From contig CAVSAC010000014.1 of the NCBI GenBank assembly GCA_963725865.1, forward strand, positions 736,001-800,000: a DNA stretch of 64,000 nt, given 5' to 3'. Position numbers and translations under genes: made by a program. This stretch comes from Candidatus Eiseniibacteriota bacterium (GTDB lineage: Bacteria > Eisenbacteria > RBG-16-71-46). Position 1 is the first letter of the stretch; every line of letters begins with the position of its first letter. The notes beneath the pieces were generated by a model, which was given only the letters and a program-made list of their open reading frames with translations, was not told the origin of the DNA and ran no database searches. Shown one piece after another: positions 30,931 to 42,612 of the stretch.

Positions 30931-30984
30931 TTGACCCTGCCGACGACGTGAATAATTATTCGCGATCTTGAATAGTCATCCACC
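30931..30984 (+). promoter_or_regulatory. sigma70-type promoter overlapped by tandem ARG boxes
   Basis: TTGACC at 30931; cgTGAATAATTATTCGcg (30947-30964) and ctTGAATAGTCATCCAcc (30967-30984), 2 bp apart, directly upstream of argR. Confidence 0.88.
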
Positions 30985-31006
30985 GCCTTCGGAGGTCCGA
31001 ACCGCC

Positions 31007-31483
31007 ATGCCGCGTCCCCGCCGCCTCGCCCTGCTGGCCCGCCTGCTGAGCGGCCGGCGCTTCTCCAACCAGGAGGAGCTGCAGCGCGCGCTCGCGCGCG
31101 AGGGCGTCGAGGTCACCCAGGCCACGCTGTCGCGCGACCTGCGCAGCCTCGGCGTCGGCAAGCGCCCGGGTGCCGACGGCCGCACGGTCTACACGCTGCC
31201 GGCGCCGGCGACCGAGACCCTCGACCGCGATCGCCAGCTGCTCGACCTGCGGACGTTCGTGAACGAGGTCCAGGTCGCGCAGAACCTCGCCGTGGTGCGC
31301 ACGCCGCCCGGGCACGCCCACGGCGTGGCGCGCGCCATCGACCTCGCGGAGTTCGCGGGTTTCGTCGGCTCGGTGGCCGGCGACGACACCGTGCTCTGCG
31401 TGATGAGTGACCGCACCGGCGCGCGCGGTCTCAAGCGCCGGCTCGACCAGATCGCCGGCCGCTCCACCACCACGGGAAGATGA
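31007..31483 (+). CDS. argR: Arginine repressor
   Basis: [40 protein letters not shown]. Confidence 0.96.
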   Translation: MPRPRRLALLARLLSGRRFSNQEELQRALAREGVEVTQATLSRDLRSLGVGKRPGADGRTVYTLPAPATETLDRDRQLLDLRTFVNEVQVAQNLAVVRTPPGHAHGVARAIDLAEFAGFVGSVAGDDTVLCVMSDRTGARGLKRRLDQIAGRSTTTGR

Positions 31484-32595
31484 CCATGCGCGACGACGAT
31501 CCCGGAGCCCTCGCCCCCGTCACGGAGCGGCCGACCCCGGCCGCCCCGAGCCCGCACGCCACGACCGGTCGCACCGCGCGCCAGCAGGCGCGCATCGCGC
31601 TGCTGGGCGCGAGCGGCTACAGCGGCCAGGAGTTCGCGCGGCTGGCGCTCGGGCACCCGGGGCTCGAGTTGACGGTGCTGTGCTCGCGCGAGCACGCCGG
31701 GCGGCCCGCCGCCACGCTGCTGCCGGGGCTCGATCCGCGCGCGCAGGCGATGCCGTCGGTGGTGGATCCGGCCGCGCTCGAGGCGCTGCTCGACGCTCAC
31801 GCGTTCGACACGCTGGTGGTGTGCCTGCCGCACGGCGCGTGGCGGACGTTCGCGGCCGAGCATCCCGCGCTGGCGGCCGGCACCGCGCGCATCGTGGACC
31901 TCTCGAGCGACCACCGCGAGGGCGCCACCGGTTACGTCTACGGCCAGCCCGAAGCGTTCCGCGCGGCGATCCCGGCCGCCACGCGCATCGCCAACCCCGG
32001 CTGCTACCCGACCGCCGCCACGCTCGCGCTGCTGCCGGCGATCGAGTCGGGCTGGATCCCCGGCCCGGTGATGGTGAGCGCGCTCTCGGGCGTGAGCGGC
32101 GCCGGACGCGCGCCGGCGCTGCGCACCTCGTTCGTCGAGCTCGACGGCGGCGCCGCGCTCTACCGCGCCGGCGAGACCCACGCGCACGTGCCCGAGATGG
32201 AGCGCACGCTCGCGCGCGTCGCCGGCCACGCGGTGCCGGTCGCGTTCGCGCCCCAGCTGGCGCCGATGGCGCGCGGGATCCTGCTCACCGCCACCGCGGC
32301 GCTGGCGCGGCCGATCGCCCCCGCGGAGGCGCGCGCGGCCTACCTCGCGCGCTACGCCGAGGAGACCTTCGTGCAGGTGCTGCCGGAGGACGCGTGGCCC
32401 GAGACGCGCGCGGTGAGGTCCTCGAACCGCTGCGACGTCGCGGTCACCACGGTGCACGGCGGGCGCACGCTGCTCGCCACCGCGGCACTCGACAACCTCG
32501 TGAAGGGCGCCGCGGGCCAAGCGGTGCAGAACCTCAACCTGATGCTCGGCTGGCCCGAGGCCTGGGGCCTGCCGGTGCACGGGAGCCCGTGGTGA
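31480..32595 (+). CDS. argC: N-acetyl-gamma-glutamyl-phosphate reductase
   Basis: [50 protein letters not shown]. Confidence 0.96.
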   Translation: MTMRDDDPGALAPVTERPTPAAPSPHATTGRTARQQARIALLGASGYSGQEFARLALGHPGLELTVLCSREHAGRPAATLLPGLDPRAQAMPSVVDPAALEALLDAHAFDTLVVCLPHGAWRTFAAEHPALAAGTARIVDLSSDHREGATGYVYGQPEAFRAAIPAATRIANPGCYPTAATLALLPAIESGWIPGPVMVSALSGVSGAGRAPALRTSFVELDGGAALYRAGETHAHVPEMERTLARVAGHAVPVAFAPQLAPMARGILLTATAALARPIAPAEARAAYLARYAEETFVQVLPEDAWPETRAVRSSNRCDVAVTTVHGGRTLLATAALDNLVKGAAGQAVQNLNLMLGWPEAWGLPVHGSPW

Positions 32596-33485
32596 AGAGC
32601 GCGGAGTTGCAGAGGGGCGGCTCCGCCGCCGCGATGATCCGGGGGAACCGTCGCGCGATGACGGTCGCGGGTCCCGCGCGATCATCGGGGGCCGAGTCGC
32701 CCACCGCGGCGGTACCCGTGGTGGTCAAGCTCGGAGGCCGCGCGCTCGAGGCGCCGGGAGCGCACGAGCAGCTGGCCGCCGACCTCGCACGACTCGCCGG
32801 TGCACGCCTCCTCGTCCACGGCGGCGGCGCCGAGGTGAGCGCGTGGCTCGAGCGCCTCGGGCTCGAGCCGCGCTTCGCCGACGGCCTGCGCGTCACCGAT
32901 CCGCCCACGCTCGAGGTCGCCACCGCGGTGCTCGCGGGGCTCGCGAACAAGCGGCTGGTCGCGCGGCTGCGCGCGGCGGGCGTCGACGCCATCGGACTGG
33001 CGGCACTCGACGCCGGGATCCTGGCGTGCGCGCCGCACCCCGACGCCGCGCGGCTCGGCGCGGTGGGCGTCGTCACCGGCGCGAACGCGGGCGTGCTGCA
33101 GGCGCTGCTCGGGCAGGGCCTGCTGCCGGTGGTCGCGAGCATCGGCGAGCACGCGGGCGCGCTGCTCAACCTCAACGCCGACGACGCGGCCTGCGCGCTC
33201 GCCGCGGCACTGCACGCGCGCGACCTGGTGCTGCTGAGCGACACGCCCGGCCTGGTGCTGGACGGCGCGGTGCGGCGCACGCTCGACGTCGCGGGGCTCG
33301 ACGCCGCACTCGCCGGCACCCAGGTGACCGGCGGCATGGTCCCCAAGCTGCGGGCGGCGCGCCGCGCACTCGCCGCGGGGGTCGCGCGCGTGCACATCGC
33401 CGCGTGGGACGGCCCCGCCACGCTCGCGCGCCTGCTGGGTGGCGCGGGCGCCGGCACCACCCTCACCGTGGAGAGTCGCCCGTGA
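32592..33485 (+). CDS. argB: Acetylglutamate kinase
   Basis: VVKLGG, VHGGG, DGLRVT, NLNADD, TGGMVPKL; start may be ATG 32658. Confidence 0.93.
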   Translation: MKSAELQRGGSAAAMIRGNRRAMTVAGPARSSGAESPTAAVPVVVKLGGRALEAPGAHEQLAADLARLAGARLLVHGGGAEVSAWLERLGLEPRFADGLRVTDPPTLEVATAVLAGLANKRLVARLRAAGVDAIGLAALDAGILACAPHPDAARLGAVGVVTGANAGVLQALLGQGLLPVVASIGEHAGALLNLNADDAACALAAALHARDLVLLSDTPGLVLDGAVRRTLDVAGLDAALAGTQVTGGMVPKLRAARRALAAGVARVHIAAWDGPATLARLLGGAGAGTTLTVESRP

Positions 33486-34753
33486 CCAGCACCCTGCCCG
33501 CGTCCGCCGCCCCACCGAGCACGCTGCCCGAGGCCGACCTGGCGTTCGGCGAGGTGGGCCTGCTGGCGCCGATCTATCCGCTGCCGCGGCTCGCGCTCTC
33601 GCACGGCAAGGGCACCTGGGTGTGGGACGTCACCGGGCGCGGCTACCTCGACTTCGCGAGCGGCATCGCGGTGAACGCCATGGGGCACGCGCCCACCGGG
33701 CTCCAGCGCGCGGTCGCGCGGCAGATGCGCGAGCTGGTGCACGTCTCGAACCTGTTCTCGAACGCGCCCGCGCTCGCGTTCGCGCAGCGGCTCGCGCAGG
33801 CGACCGGCTACTCGCACGTGTTCCTGTGCAACTCGGGCACCGAGGCCAACGAGGCGGCGCTCAAGTTCGCGCGCGCCCACGCCCGCGCGCGCGGCCGCGC
33901 GGGCCGCGAGATCCTGGCGTTCAAGGGCGGCTTCCACGGGCGCACGGCGCTCGCGCTGTCGGCCACCTGGCAGCCGTCGTACCGCGAGCCGTTCGCGCCG
34001 CTGGTGCCGGGAGTGCGCTTCGCCGACTTCAACGACGCCGCGGCGCTCGACGCGGGACTCGACGAGGCGGTGTGCGCCGCGATCGTGGAGCCGGTGCAGG
34101 GCGAGGGCGGTGCGATCCCGGCGAGCCGCGACTTCCTGCAGGCGCTGCGCGCGCGCACCACGGCGCTCGGCTCCCTGCTGGTGTTCGACGAGGTGCAGAC
34201 CGGCATGGGCCGCTGCGGCCACCTGCTGGCGGCGGAGCACTACGGCGTGCGCGCGGACCTCACTGTGATGAGCAAGGCGCTCGGCGGCGGGCTTCCGCTC
34301 GGCGCGGTGCTGATGACCGCCGAGGTCGCACGCTCGCTGCAGCCCGGCATGCACGGCTGCACGTTCGGCGGCGGCCCGGTGGTGACGACCGCCGGGGCCT
34401 GGACGCTGGCGCAGATCGACCGCCCGGGCTTCCTCGCGCGCGTGCGGCGCCGCGGCCGCACGCTGGGGAGCGCGCTCGAGACGCTGGTGGCGCGCCACCA
34501 CTCGCTCGCCGGGGAGCGCGGGCTCGGACTGCTGCGCGCGGTCGAGCTCGCCCCCGACGCGCCCTACACCCCCGCCGCGCTGGTCGCGCGCGCGCGGGCG
34601 AACGGACTCCTCACCGTGCGCGGCGGCGAGCGCGCGGTGCGCCTGCTGCCGCCGCTGACCGTCAGCCCGGCGGAGATCGACGACGCCGTGCAGCGCTTCG
34701 ACGCCGCCGTGGCGGCGCTCGAGCTGGACCCCACTCCGGAGACGACGACGTGA
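33482..34753 (+). CDS. argD: Acetylornithine aminotransferase
   Basis: YLDFASGIAVNAMGH, NSGTEANEAA, FHGRT, EPVQGEGG, FDEVQTGMGR, SKALGGG, HGCTFGG. Confidence 0.95.
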   Translation: MTSTLPASAAPPSTLPEADLAFGEVGLLAPIYPLPRLALSHGKGTWVWDVTGRGYLDFASGIAVNAMGHAPTGLQRAVARQMRELVHVSNLFSNAPALAFAQRLAQATGYSHVFLCNSGTEANEAALKFARAHARARGRAGREILAFKGGFHGRTALALSATWQPSYREPFAPLVPGVRFADFNDAAALDAGLDEAVCAAIVEPVQGEGGAIPASRDFLQALRARTTALGSLLVFDEVQTGMGRCGHLLAAEHYGVRADLTVMSKALGGGLPLGAVLMTAEVARSLQPGMHGCTFGGGPVVTTAGAWTLAQIDRPGFLARVRRRGRTLGSALETLVARHHSLAGERGLGLLRAVELAPDAPYTPAALVARARANGLLTVRGGERAVRLLPPLTVSPAEIDDAVQRFDAAVAALELDPTPETTT

Positions 34754-34755
34754 CG

Positions 34756-36034
<1,279 letters not shown>

Positions 36035-36045
<11 letters not shown>

Positions 36046-38104
36046 ATCCGGCCGGACCGGCGCGGTGTGGCAGGGCCGGCTCGCCGCCGGGCTCGATCCG
36101 CGCGCGCGCGTGCTGAACGACTCGCTGCCCGTGGATCAGCGCCTGTGGCCCGAGGAGTTGGCGCTGTCGCGCGCCTACGCCCGCGCGATCGCCGAGTGTG
36201 GTGTGCTGGCGGCCGACGAGCTGCGGGCGCTGCTCGCGGCGTGCGACGCGCTCGGCGACGACCTGGCGGCGGGCCGTGCGACGCTGGCGGGCGAGGACGT
36301 GCACTCGGCGGTCGAGGCCGCGCTCACCGAACGTTGCGGCGACCCGGCGCGCCGGCTCCACACCGGCCGCAGCCGCAACGACCAGGTGGCGACGCTCACC
36401 CGCATGCGCGTGATGCGCCTGTGCGAGGAGGCGCTCGAGGGCGTGCGCGCGCTCGAGCGCGCGCTGGTCCTGCAGGCGCAGCAAGCGGACGGCATCGCGG
36501 TCGCGGCGTGCACGCACCTGCAGCCGGCGCAGCCGGTGCTGCTCGCCCACCTGTGGCTCGCGCACGTCGCGGCGCTCGAGCGCGACGAGGACCGCTTCGC
36601 GGCCGCCCGCGAGGCCGCCGACCTGATGCCGCTCGGCGCCGGCGCGGTGGCGGGCTCGCCGCTCGCGTACGACCGGCTCGCGCTCGCCGGCCGCCTCGGC
36701 TTCAGCCGCCTCGCCGCCAACAGCGTCGACGCGGTCGGCGATCGCGACTTCGCGCTCGACTACCTGAACGCCGCCGCGGTGCTCGCGGTGCACCTGTCGC
36801 GGATGGCCGAGGACCTGGTGATGTGGTGCTCGCCGTTCTTCGGCTGGTTCGCGGCGCCCGACGGGTTCTCGACCGGCTCCAGCCTGCTGCCGCAGAAGCG
36901 CAATCCCGACCTGTTCGAGCTGGCACGCGGCAAGAGCGCGCGGCTGATCGCGAACGCCCAGCGGCTCGCGATCCTGATGAAGGCGCTGCCGGGCGCGTAC
37001 CAGAAGGATCTGCAGGAGGACAAGGAGGCGATCTTCGACACCGCCGACACGCTCGCGCGGCTGCTCGCAGCGCTGCCGCCGGCGATCGAGGCGCTGGTGC
37101 CGGACGCGGCGCGCATGCGCGCGAGCCTGACGCCCGACCTGCTGGCGGTCGAGCTCGCCGACGCGCTGGTGGACCGCGGGGTGCCGTTCCGTGACGCGCA
37201 CGCCGCCGTCGGCCGGCTGTGGGCCGCGGCCGAGCGCGCCCGCGTGGCGCCCGCGGCGCTGCCGGAGACCGAGCGGCTGGCGATCTCGTCGCACTTCACC
37301 GCCGACCTCCTCGCCAGTCTCACCGTCGAGCGCGCACTCGAGCGCCGCTCGCACGCGCCAGGCGCCGGGCCGAGCAGCGTGGCAGCGCAGCTCGCCCGCG
37401 CCGAGGCGCGCCTCGGCCTCGGCGCGGGGGACCCCGAGTCGGGCGCCGCGCCGGCGGGCGCGCTGCTGGTGCCCCCGGCCGCGCGCGACCCGCGGCTCGA
37501 GCACGCCGTCACGCTGGCCGACGCCGAGGGCGCCGCGCGCGCCGACGGCCTCACGCTGCGGCCCGCGAGCATCGCCGACGTGCCCGGGATCGCGCGATTG
37601 ATGGCCGCCTACGTCGCGCAGGGCGTGCTGCTGCCGCGGCCGGTCGGCGAGCTCTACCAGTGCGTCCGCGAGTTCCACGTCGCCACGGGTGCCGACGGCA
37701 TCGTGGCGTGCGCGGCCCTGCGCCTGCTGTGGAGCGATCTCGGCGAGGTGCGCTCGCTCGCGGTGCGCCCCGACCAGCACGGCCGCGGGCTGGGCGCCGC
37801 GCTGGTCGAGCGCGTGCTCGACGATGCCCGCCGCATCGGCCTGCCGCGCGTGATCGCGCTCACGCGCGAAGTGGCGTTCTTCGAGCGCTGCGGATTCCGC
37901 GTGGTCTCGCGCGACACGCTGCCGCGCAAGGTGTGGACCGATTGCGTACGGTGTCCGCGCCGGCACGCGTGCGACGAGGTCGCGGTGGTGCTCGACCTCG
38001 CGCCGGGCGCCTCCGAGGCGGCGGCTGCCGCCGGCCGCTCGTGGCTGCTGCCGATCCCGCAGACCGGCACCCCGGAGCCGGGCGCGCTGCCGATCGTCTC
38101 GTGA
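36035..38104 (+). CDS. argH: Argininosuccinate lyase fused to C-terminal short GNAT N-acetylglutamate synthase (ArgH-ArgA)
   Basis: LHTGRSRNDQV, THLQPAQP, STGSSLLPQKRNPD, YQKDLQEDK; then LLPR, EVRSLAV, GRGLG, FFERCGF, LPRKVWTDCVRC...CDE in the same frame. Confidence 0.92.
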
Positions 38105-39081
38105 TCGCGCGCGCGGCCCCGCTCCACCTCACCGGGCTGCTCGATCTCGATCGCGACTGGGTGCTGCGCCTGTTCGCGCGCGCCGCGACCGTGCGCGCGG
38201 CCGCCGGCGGGGTGGAGTCTCCGCGCCCGCTCGCGAACCGCACGGTCGCGCTGGTGTTCCACAAGCCCTCGTTGCGCACGCGCGTGTCGTTCGCGGCCGC
38301 GGTGCACGCGCTCGGGGGCGGGACGGTGGACCTGTCCGCGTCCGAGGTGAACCTGGACGGGCGGGACAGCCTCGCCGACGTCGCGCACGTGCTGTCGAGC
38401 CTGTGCGCTGCGATCGTGGTGCGCACGTTCGCGCACCGGCTGGTGGTCGAGCTGGCGTCCCACGCGCGGGTGCCGGTGATCAATGCGCTCACCGACCACT
38501 CCCACCCCTGCCAGATCCTCTCCGATCTCGACGTGCTGCAGCGCCACGGCCTCGATCTCGACCGCATGACGGTCGCCTGGGTGGGCGACGGCAACAACGT
38601 GCTCCACTCCTGGCTCGAGGCGGCGACGCTGTTCGGCTTCCGGCTCCACGTCGCGGTGCCGGACGGCTTCGAGCCCGACGCCGGGCTCTTCCTGGAGGCC
38701 GAGCGGCGAGCGGGTGGCGGGCTGAAGCGCTTCCGCGATCCGCGCGAGGCGGTACGCGGAGCGGACGTGGTGTACACCGACGCGTGGACCAGCATGGGGC
38801 GCGAGGACGAGGCTGACTGGCGGCGGGTGTCGTTCACCGGCTACCAGATCGACGCGTCCTTCATGGCCGCCGCCGCACCCGCGGCGGTGTTCATGCACTG
38901 CCTGCCCGCCCACCGCGGCGAGGAAGTGACCGACGAGGTGCTCGACGGTCCCCAGAGCCTGGTGGTGGAGCAGGCGGCCAACCGCCGGGTGCTCCAACAG
39001 GCGCTGCTCGCCACCCTGGTCGAAGCCGCCGACGCGGCCGCCGGCCACGCCGCGCGGGGTCCCGCCGGCGCGCGGGCCTAG
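38101..39081 (+). CDS. argF: Ornithine carbamoyltransferase
   Basis: KPSLRTR, HPCQ, GDGNN, TDAWTSMG, MHCLP; GTGA overlap. Confidence 0.94.
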   Translation: MIARAAPLHLTGLLDLDRDWVLRLFARAATVRAAAGGVESPRPLANRTVALVFHKPSLRTRVSFAAAVHALGGGTVDLSASEVNLDGRDSLADVAHVLSSLCAAIVVRTFAHRLVVELASHARVPVINALTDHSHPCQILSDLDVLQRHGLDLDRMTVAWVGDGNNVLHSWLEAATLFGFRLHVAVPDGFEPDAGLFLEAERRAGGGLKRFRDPREAVRGADVVYTDAWTSMGREDEADWRRVSFTGYQIDASFMAAAAPAAVFMHCLPAHRGEEVTDEVLDGPQSLVVEQAANRRVLQQALLATLVEAADAAAGHAARGPAGARA

Positions 39082-39221
39082 TCCGGCGCCAGCTGGGCTC
39101 GGCTCCAGCCCGATCTGCGTGCTCATGTCCGCCCGGGAGCTGCCGAAACCACCGATGAGTGCTCGGCCCCGGGGCCATCACGCCCCGCGGACAGGAGTTC
39201 CTCCAACAGGACGGCGGAGGC

Positions 39222-40490
39222 ATGAGGTTCCAGTGGCTGCAGAGGCTGTTGGCTCGCACCTCGCGCGATGGCGCCGAGGCGGCAGCGGCCACCCTCGTGA
39301 TGGACGAGCCGGCCGCGGACGAGCCGGCGGTGGTCGAATCGGCCGCGGACGAGCGCGTGGCCGCCGAGCCCGCCGCGGCCGAGCCCGCTGCGGACGAGTT
39401 GGCTATGGTCGAGCCGGCGGTGGACGAGTTGGCTGTGGTCGAGTCGGCCGCGGACGAGCCGCCCGCAGACGAGCCCGCCGCGGACGGGCCGGCCGCTGAC
39501 GAGCCACGGGCCACCCCGGCGTCCTGCGTGGCCACGGACGACGAACCGCCGCCGCCGGCCGATCCGCGGTATCCCGAGTCATCGGTCGTGGTCGCGAACG
39601 TGGCGAGCTCGGCCTCGCTCGGCCGCTCGCTGGCGGAGCGGGTGCGCGTGCTGATGGACGGGGCGAGCCCCGAGGCGCGCAAGTCGGACGGTCCCGCGCT
39701 GGTCGAGGCCCTGCTCGAGTGCCACCCGAAGATGATCCGCCAGCCAACGGCGGCCGCCCGGCAGGCGCTCGTGGTGAGCCGCGATCCGCGTGCGAGCACC
39801 CGCCAGATCGCGGCGCTGTTCGAGGACGACCCGGGCCTCGCGCAGTCGCTGCTCACCCTGGCGAACTCGGCCTACTACGCGCGCGGCGATTCCCCGCTCG
39901 CGTCGATCCACGACGCGGTGCGGCGGGTGGGGCGGCGCGCGGTCGAGAGCGTGCTGATGGAGAGCATGGTGCAGGCGCTGCTGTGCCGGTCCGGCGGCGC
40001 GTTCGAGTTCATGATGCGCATGACCTGGACGCACATGCAGCGCACCGCGCCGATCGCGCGGGCGATCGCGCGCGAGTTCGGCGTGCACCCCGACACCGCG
40101 TACTCGCTCGCGCTGCTGCACGACGTGGGCAAGCTGGTGATCTTCGACCTCGTCTCGACGCTGCGCGCCGAGGAACAGCGCGACCTGAGCATCCCCGAGG
40201 AGTTCTTCCGCGCCCTGGTCGGCCAGCTGCACGAGCCGATTGGCGGCATGGCGATGCTGCGCTGGGGCATGGGCGGCGACGCCGCGTTCGCAATCGGCGA
40301 GCATCATCGCCATGCACTGCCGGAGCAGCCGTCGCCGGAGACCGAGGTGCTGTTCGTGGCCGAGGCGATCGAGCTGTCGAAGAGCCGCGGCGATGCGCTC
40401 GACTGGGACGAGCTGTGGCAGCGCGGGGGCATCCGCGCCGACGCTGCGATCGTCGCGGAGCTGCTCCGGGAGATGGACCCGGCCGCCTGA
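39222..40490 (+). CDS. HDOD-domain protein with acidic repeat N-terminus
   Basis: DPGLAQSLLTLANSAYY, SIHDAVRRVG, LLHDVGK, AIGEHH; GGAGG RBS. Confidence 0.88.
   Translation: MRFQWLQRLLARTSRDGAEAAAATLVMDEPAADEPAVVESAADERVAAEPAAAEPAADELAMVEPAVDELAVVESAADEPPADEPAADGPAADEPRATPASCVATDDEPPPPADPRYPESSVVVANVASSASLGRSLAERVRVLMDGASPEARKSDGPALVEALLECHPKMIRQPTAAARQALVVSRDPRASTRQIAALFEDDPGLAQSLLTLANSAYYARGDSPLASIHDAVRRVGRRAVESVLMESMVQALLCRSGGAFEFMMRMTWTHMQRTAPIARAIAREFGVHPDTAYSLALLHDVGKLVIFDLVSTLRAEEQRDLSIPEEFFRALVGQLHEPIGGMAMLRWGMGGDAAFAIGEHHRHALPEQPSPETEVLFVAEAIELSKSRGDALDWDELWQRGGIRADAAIVAELLREMDPAA
39303..39512 (+). repeat. Coding 15-bp minisatellite, 14 imperfect units (DEPAA-like)
   Basis: GACGAGCCGGCCGCG-like units encoding DEPAA DEPAV VESAA DERVA AEPAA ... 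DEPRA. Confidence 0.88.
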
Positions 40491-40519
40491 GCGCCGGACG
40501 TTTGGTCCGGGGCGGACAG

Positions 40520-40550
40520 GGGGCGCGGAGCCGTGCAGGCTCTGCGCCCC
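40520..40550. terminator. Intergenic stem-loop (terminator or REP-like)
   Basis: GGGGCGCGGAGCC-GTGCA-GGCTCTGCGCCCC, 13-bp stem followed by TCCTCT. Confidence 0.5.
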
Positions 40551-40569
40551 TCCTCTATAGTCCCGCGCC

Positions 40570-41676
40570 ATGCCGACCCCGCCGACCGTCGTCCGACTGC
40601 TGCCCACCCGCGGCCTCAAGGCGCGCCTGGCGATCAATCACGCGTGGGCCGCGGTGGCGCTGATCCTGACCGGCGCGGCGACGCTGGCGGGCGGCGACCC
40701 GCACCACGGGCACGGGGGCTGGCACCTGGTGGTCGCCGTGCTGGCGATCCTCGCGGGGGTCGCGGTGCTGGTGGCGATCGCGCGCGAGCTGGCCACCTAC
40801 GACGCCCGCCACCACGCCGCCGTCGGCTGGGCCGAGGTGTTCGCCGGCATCATGCTGGTGGTCGAGGGCCTCGAGCACCTCAAGTTCACCAAGTTCGTGC
40901 AGCCCGCGCTCGGATACTTCGTGGCCGGCGGGTTGACGCTGTACATCGGGCTGAACCTGGCGCGCTTCACCGGACTGCGGGTGCTGCGGCTCGACGACGA
41001 GGGCCTGTTCGCGCGGATCACGCCGCTGCGCTGGCTGCGGGCGGCGTGGAGCGACGTCGCGCTGCTCTCCACCGACGCGCGGGGCATGACGATCGAACGG
41101 GTCCGCGGCGGCAGGCGGCGGCTCGACTTCGGGGCGGTCGCCAACCGCGACGAGGCGCTGGCGATGCTGCGGCTGCACGCGGCGCGCAACGGGGTGCCGA
41201 CCGGAGCGCTGCCGCCGGCCGCCCAGCGCGTGCAGGAGGCCCTGCGGGCGCGCGGCTCGGCGGCCCGCGTCGTGACGCTCGAGCGGCCGGGCCACACCGC
41301 TACCGAGGCGGCCCAGGTGCTCGACTGCGACGTCGCGCGGATCGTGAAGTCGCTGGTGTTCCGCGGTGCCGGCAGCGGCCAGCCGCTGCTGGTGCTGGCG
41401 AGCGGGGCCAACCGGGTGGACGAGTCGCGGCTGGCGGCGTTGGCGGGCGAGCCCGCCGGGCGCGCCACGCCGGAGTTCGTGCGCGAGCACACCGGCTTCG
41501 CGATCGGCGGGGTGGCCCCGCTCGGGCACCCGGCGGCACTGCCGACGTGGATCGACCAGGATCTGCTCCAGCACCCGAGCGTGTGGGCCGCCGGCGGCAC
41601 CCCCGAGGCGTTCGTGCGCCTCGACCCCCACGATCTCGCGGGCCTGACCGGCGGCACGGTCACCGCCATCCGCTGA
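40570..41676 (+). CDS. Membrane protein fused to C-terminal YbaK/EbsC aminoacyl-tRNA deacylase domain
   Basis: About four N-terminal TM helices, beta-rich linker, then AQRVQEAL, TATEAA, IVKSLVF, SGANRVD, TGFAIGGVAPLGH, VWAAGGTP. Confidence 0.85.
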   Translation: MPTPPTVVRLLPTRGLKARLAINHAWAAVALILTGAATLAGGDPHHGHGGWHLVVAVLAILAGVAVLVAIARELATYDARHHAAVGWAEVFAGIMLVVEGLEHLKFTKFVQPALGYFVAGGLTLYIGLNLARFTGLRVLRLDDEGLFARITPLRWLRAAWSDVALLSTDARGMTIERVRGGRRRLDFGAVANRDEALAMLRLHAARNGVPTGALPPAAQRVQEALRARGSAARVVTLERPGHTATEAAQVLDCDVARIVKSLVFRGAGSGQPLLVLASGANRVDESRLAALAGEPAGRATPEFVREHTGFAIGGVAPLGHPAALPTWIDQDLLQHPSVWAAGGTPEAFVRLDPHDLAGLTGGTVTAIR

Positions 41677-41864
41677 GCCTGCGGCGCGGCCGTGGGACGG
41701 TGGCGGCGGACAGCGCGCCGCGCGCGGCCGATCGGTCCCGGCGGCCGCAACCCGGCGCGGCGGCCGCACGTAGCACCCGCACGGCACCCGCCGGGATCCG
41801 GCGTCGCTCACCGTAGGGGACGTGGGGCGGCGCCGGCGTGGGTGTCCCCTCCGTGGAGGATCCG

Positions 41865-42503
41865 ATGAGAGCCCTGCTTGCGACCGCCGCGCTCGTCCTG
41901 GTGCTGGCGGCGCCGTCGCACGCCCGCGACCTGCAGTCGCAGACCAAGAGCTACGCGGCTGCAGGGCTGCACAAGCTCACGCTCGAGCTGCCGCCGGGCG
42001 AGGTGACGCTGCGGAGCTCCGGCGACGATCACGTGCGACTGACGGTGGGGATCCACTGCGACCACGACGACGACCGCGCGTGCGAGCGGCGCGCGGAGGA
42101 TCTCGACCTCGACTCCGACCGCAACGGCGACCAGCTGGGGATCACCCTCAAGGACCGCACCTCCTGGAACGGGCGCCACACCGACGTGCGCTCCATCGTG
42201 GAGGTGCCGCGCGGCGTCGCGGTGTCCCTCGAGCTGGGCGCCGGCGAGCTGAACGTGTACGACCTCGGCGACGATCTCGAGGTCGCGATGGGCGCGGGCG
42301 ACGCGACGCTGCACCTGCGCGAGAGCGATGTGGGCTCGGTGCGCGTGCGGGTCGGGGTCGGCGACGCCACGCTGCACACCCGCACCGCCACCTACGACGG
42401 CGACGGCTTCATCAGCCGCACGCTGCACTGGGGCGGCGGCAGCGGCTCGGCGCGGGTGCGGATCGTGCTGGGCGCCGGGGACGTGGACCTGCGGCTGGAT
42501 TGA
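41865..42503 (+). CDS. Secreted beta-strand repeat protein (DUF4097/adhesin-like)
   Basis: GGAGGA RBS, signal peptide, repeated ELGAGEL / MGAGDA / VGVGDA / LGAGDV units. Confidence 0.75.
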   Translation: MRALLATAALVLVLAAPSHARDLQSQTKSYAAAGLHKLTLELPPGEVTLRSSGDDHVRLTVGIHCDHDDDRACERRAEDLDLDSDRNGDQLGITLKDRTSWNGRHTDVRSIVEVPRGVAVSLELGAGELNVYDLGDDLEVAMGAGDATLHLRESDVGSVRVRVGVGDATLHTRTATYDGDGFISRTLHWGGGSGSARVRIVLGAGDVDLRLD

Positions 42504-42518
42504 CACCGCAGGGTCGAG

Positions 42519-42556
<38 letters not shown>

Positions 42557-42612
42557 GGAACGATCATGCCGGCGGCCGCATCACGTCGCGCCTCGTGCTA
42601 TCGTCCCGCGCC

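Noticed and set aside
39303..39512. CRISPR array
   Set aside because: Contiguous degenerate 15-bp units without unique spacers, in frame within a CDS
42500..42505. Perfect -35 TTGACA before the GCC tract
   Set aside because: It overlaps a stop codon and the expected -10 position falls inside the GCC repeat
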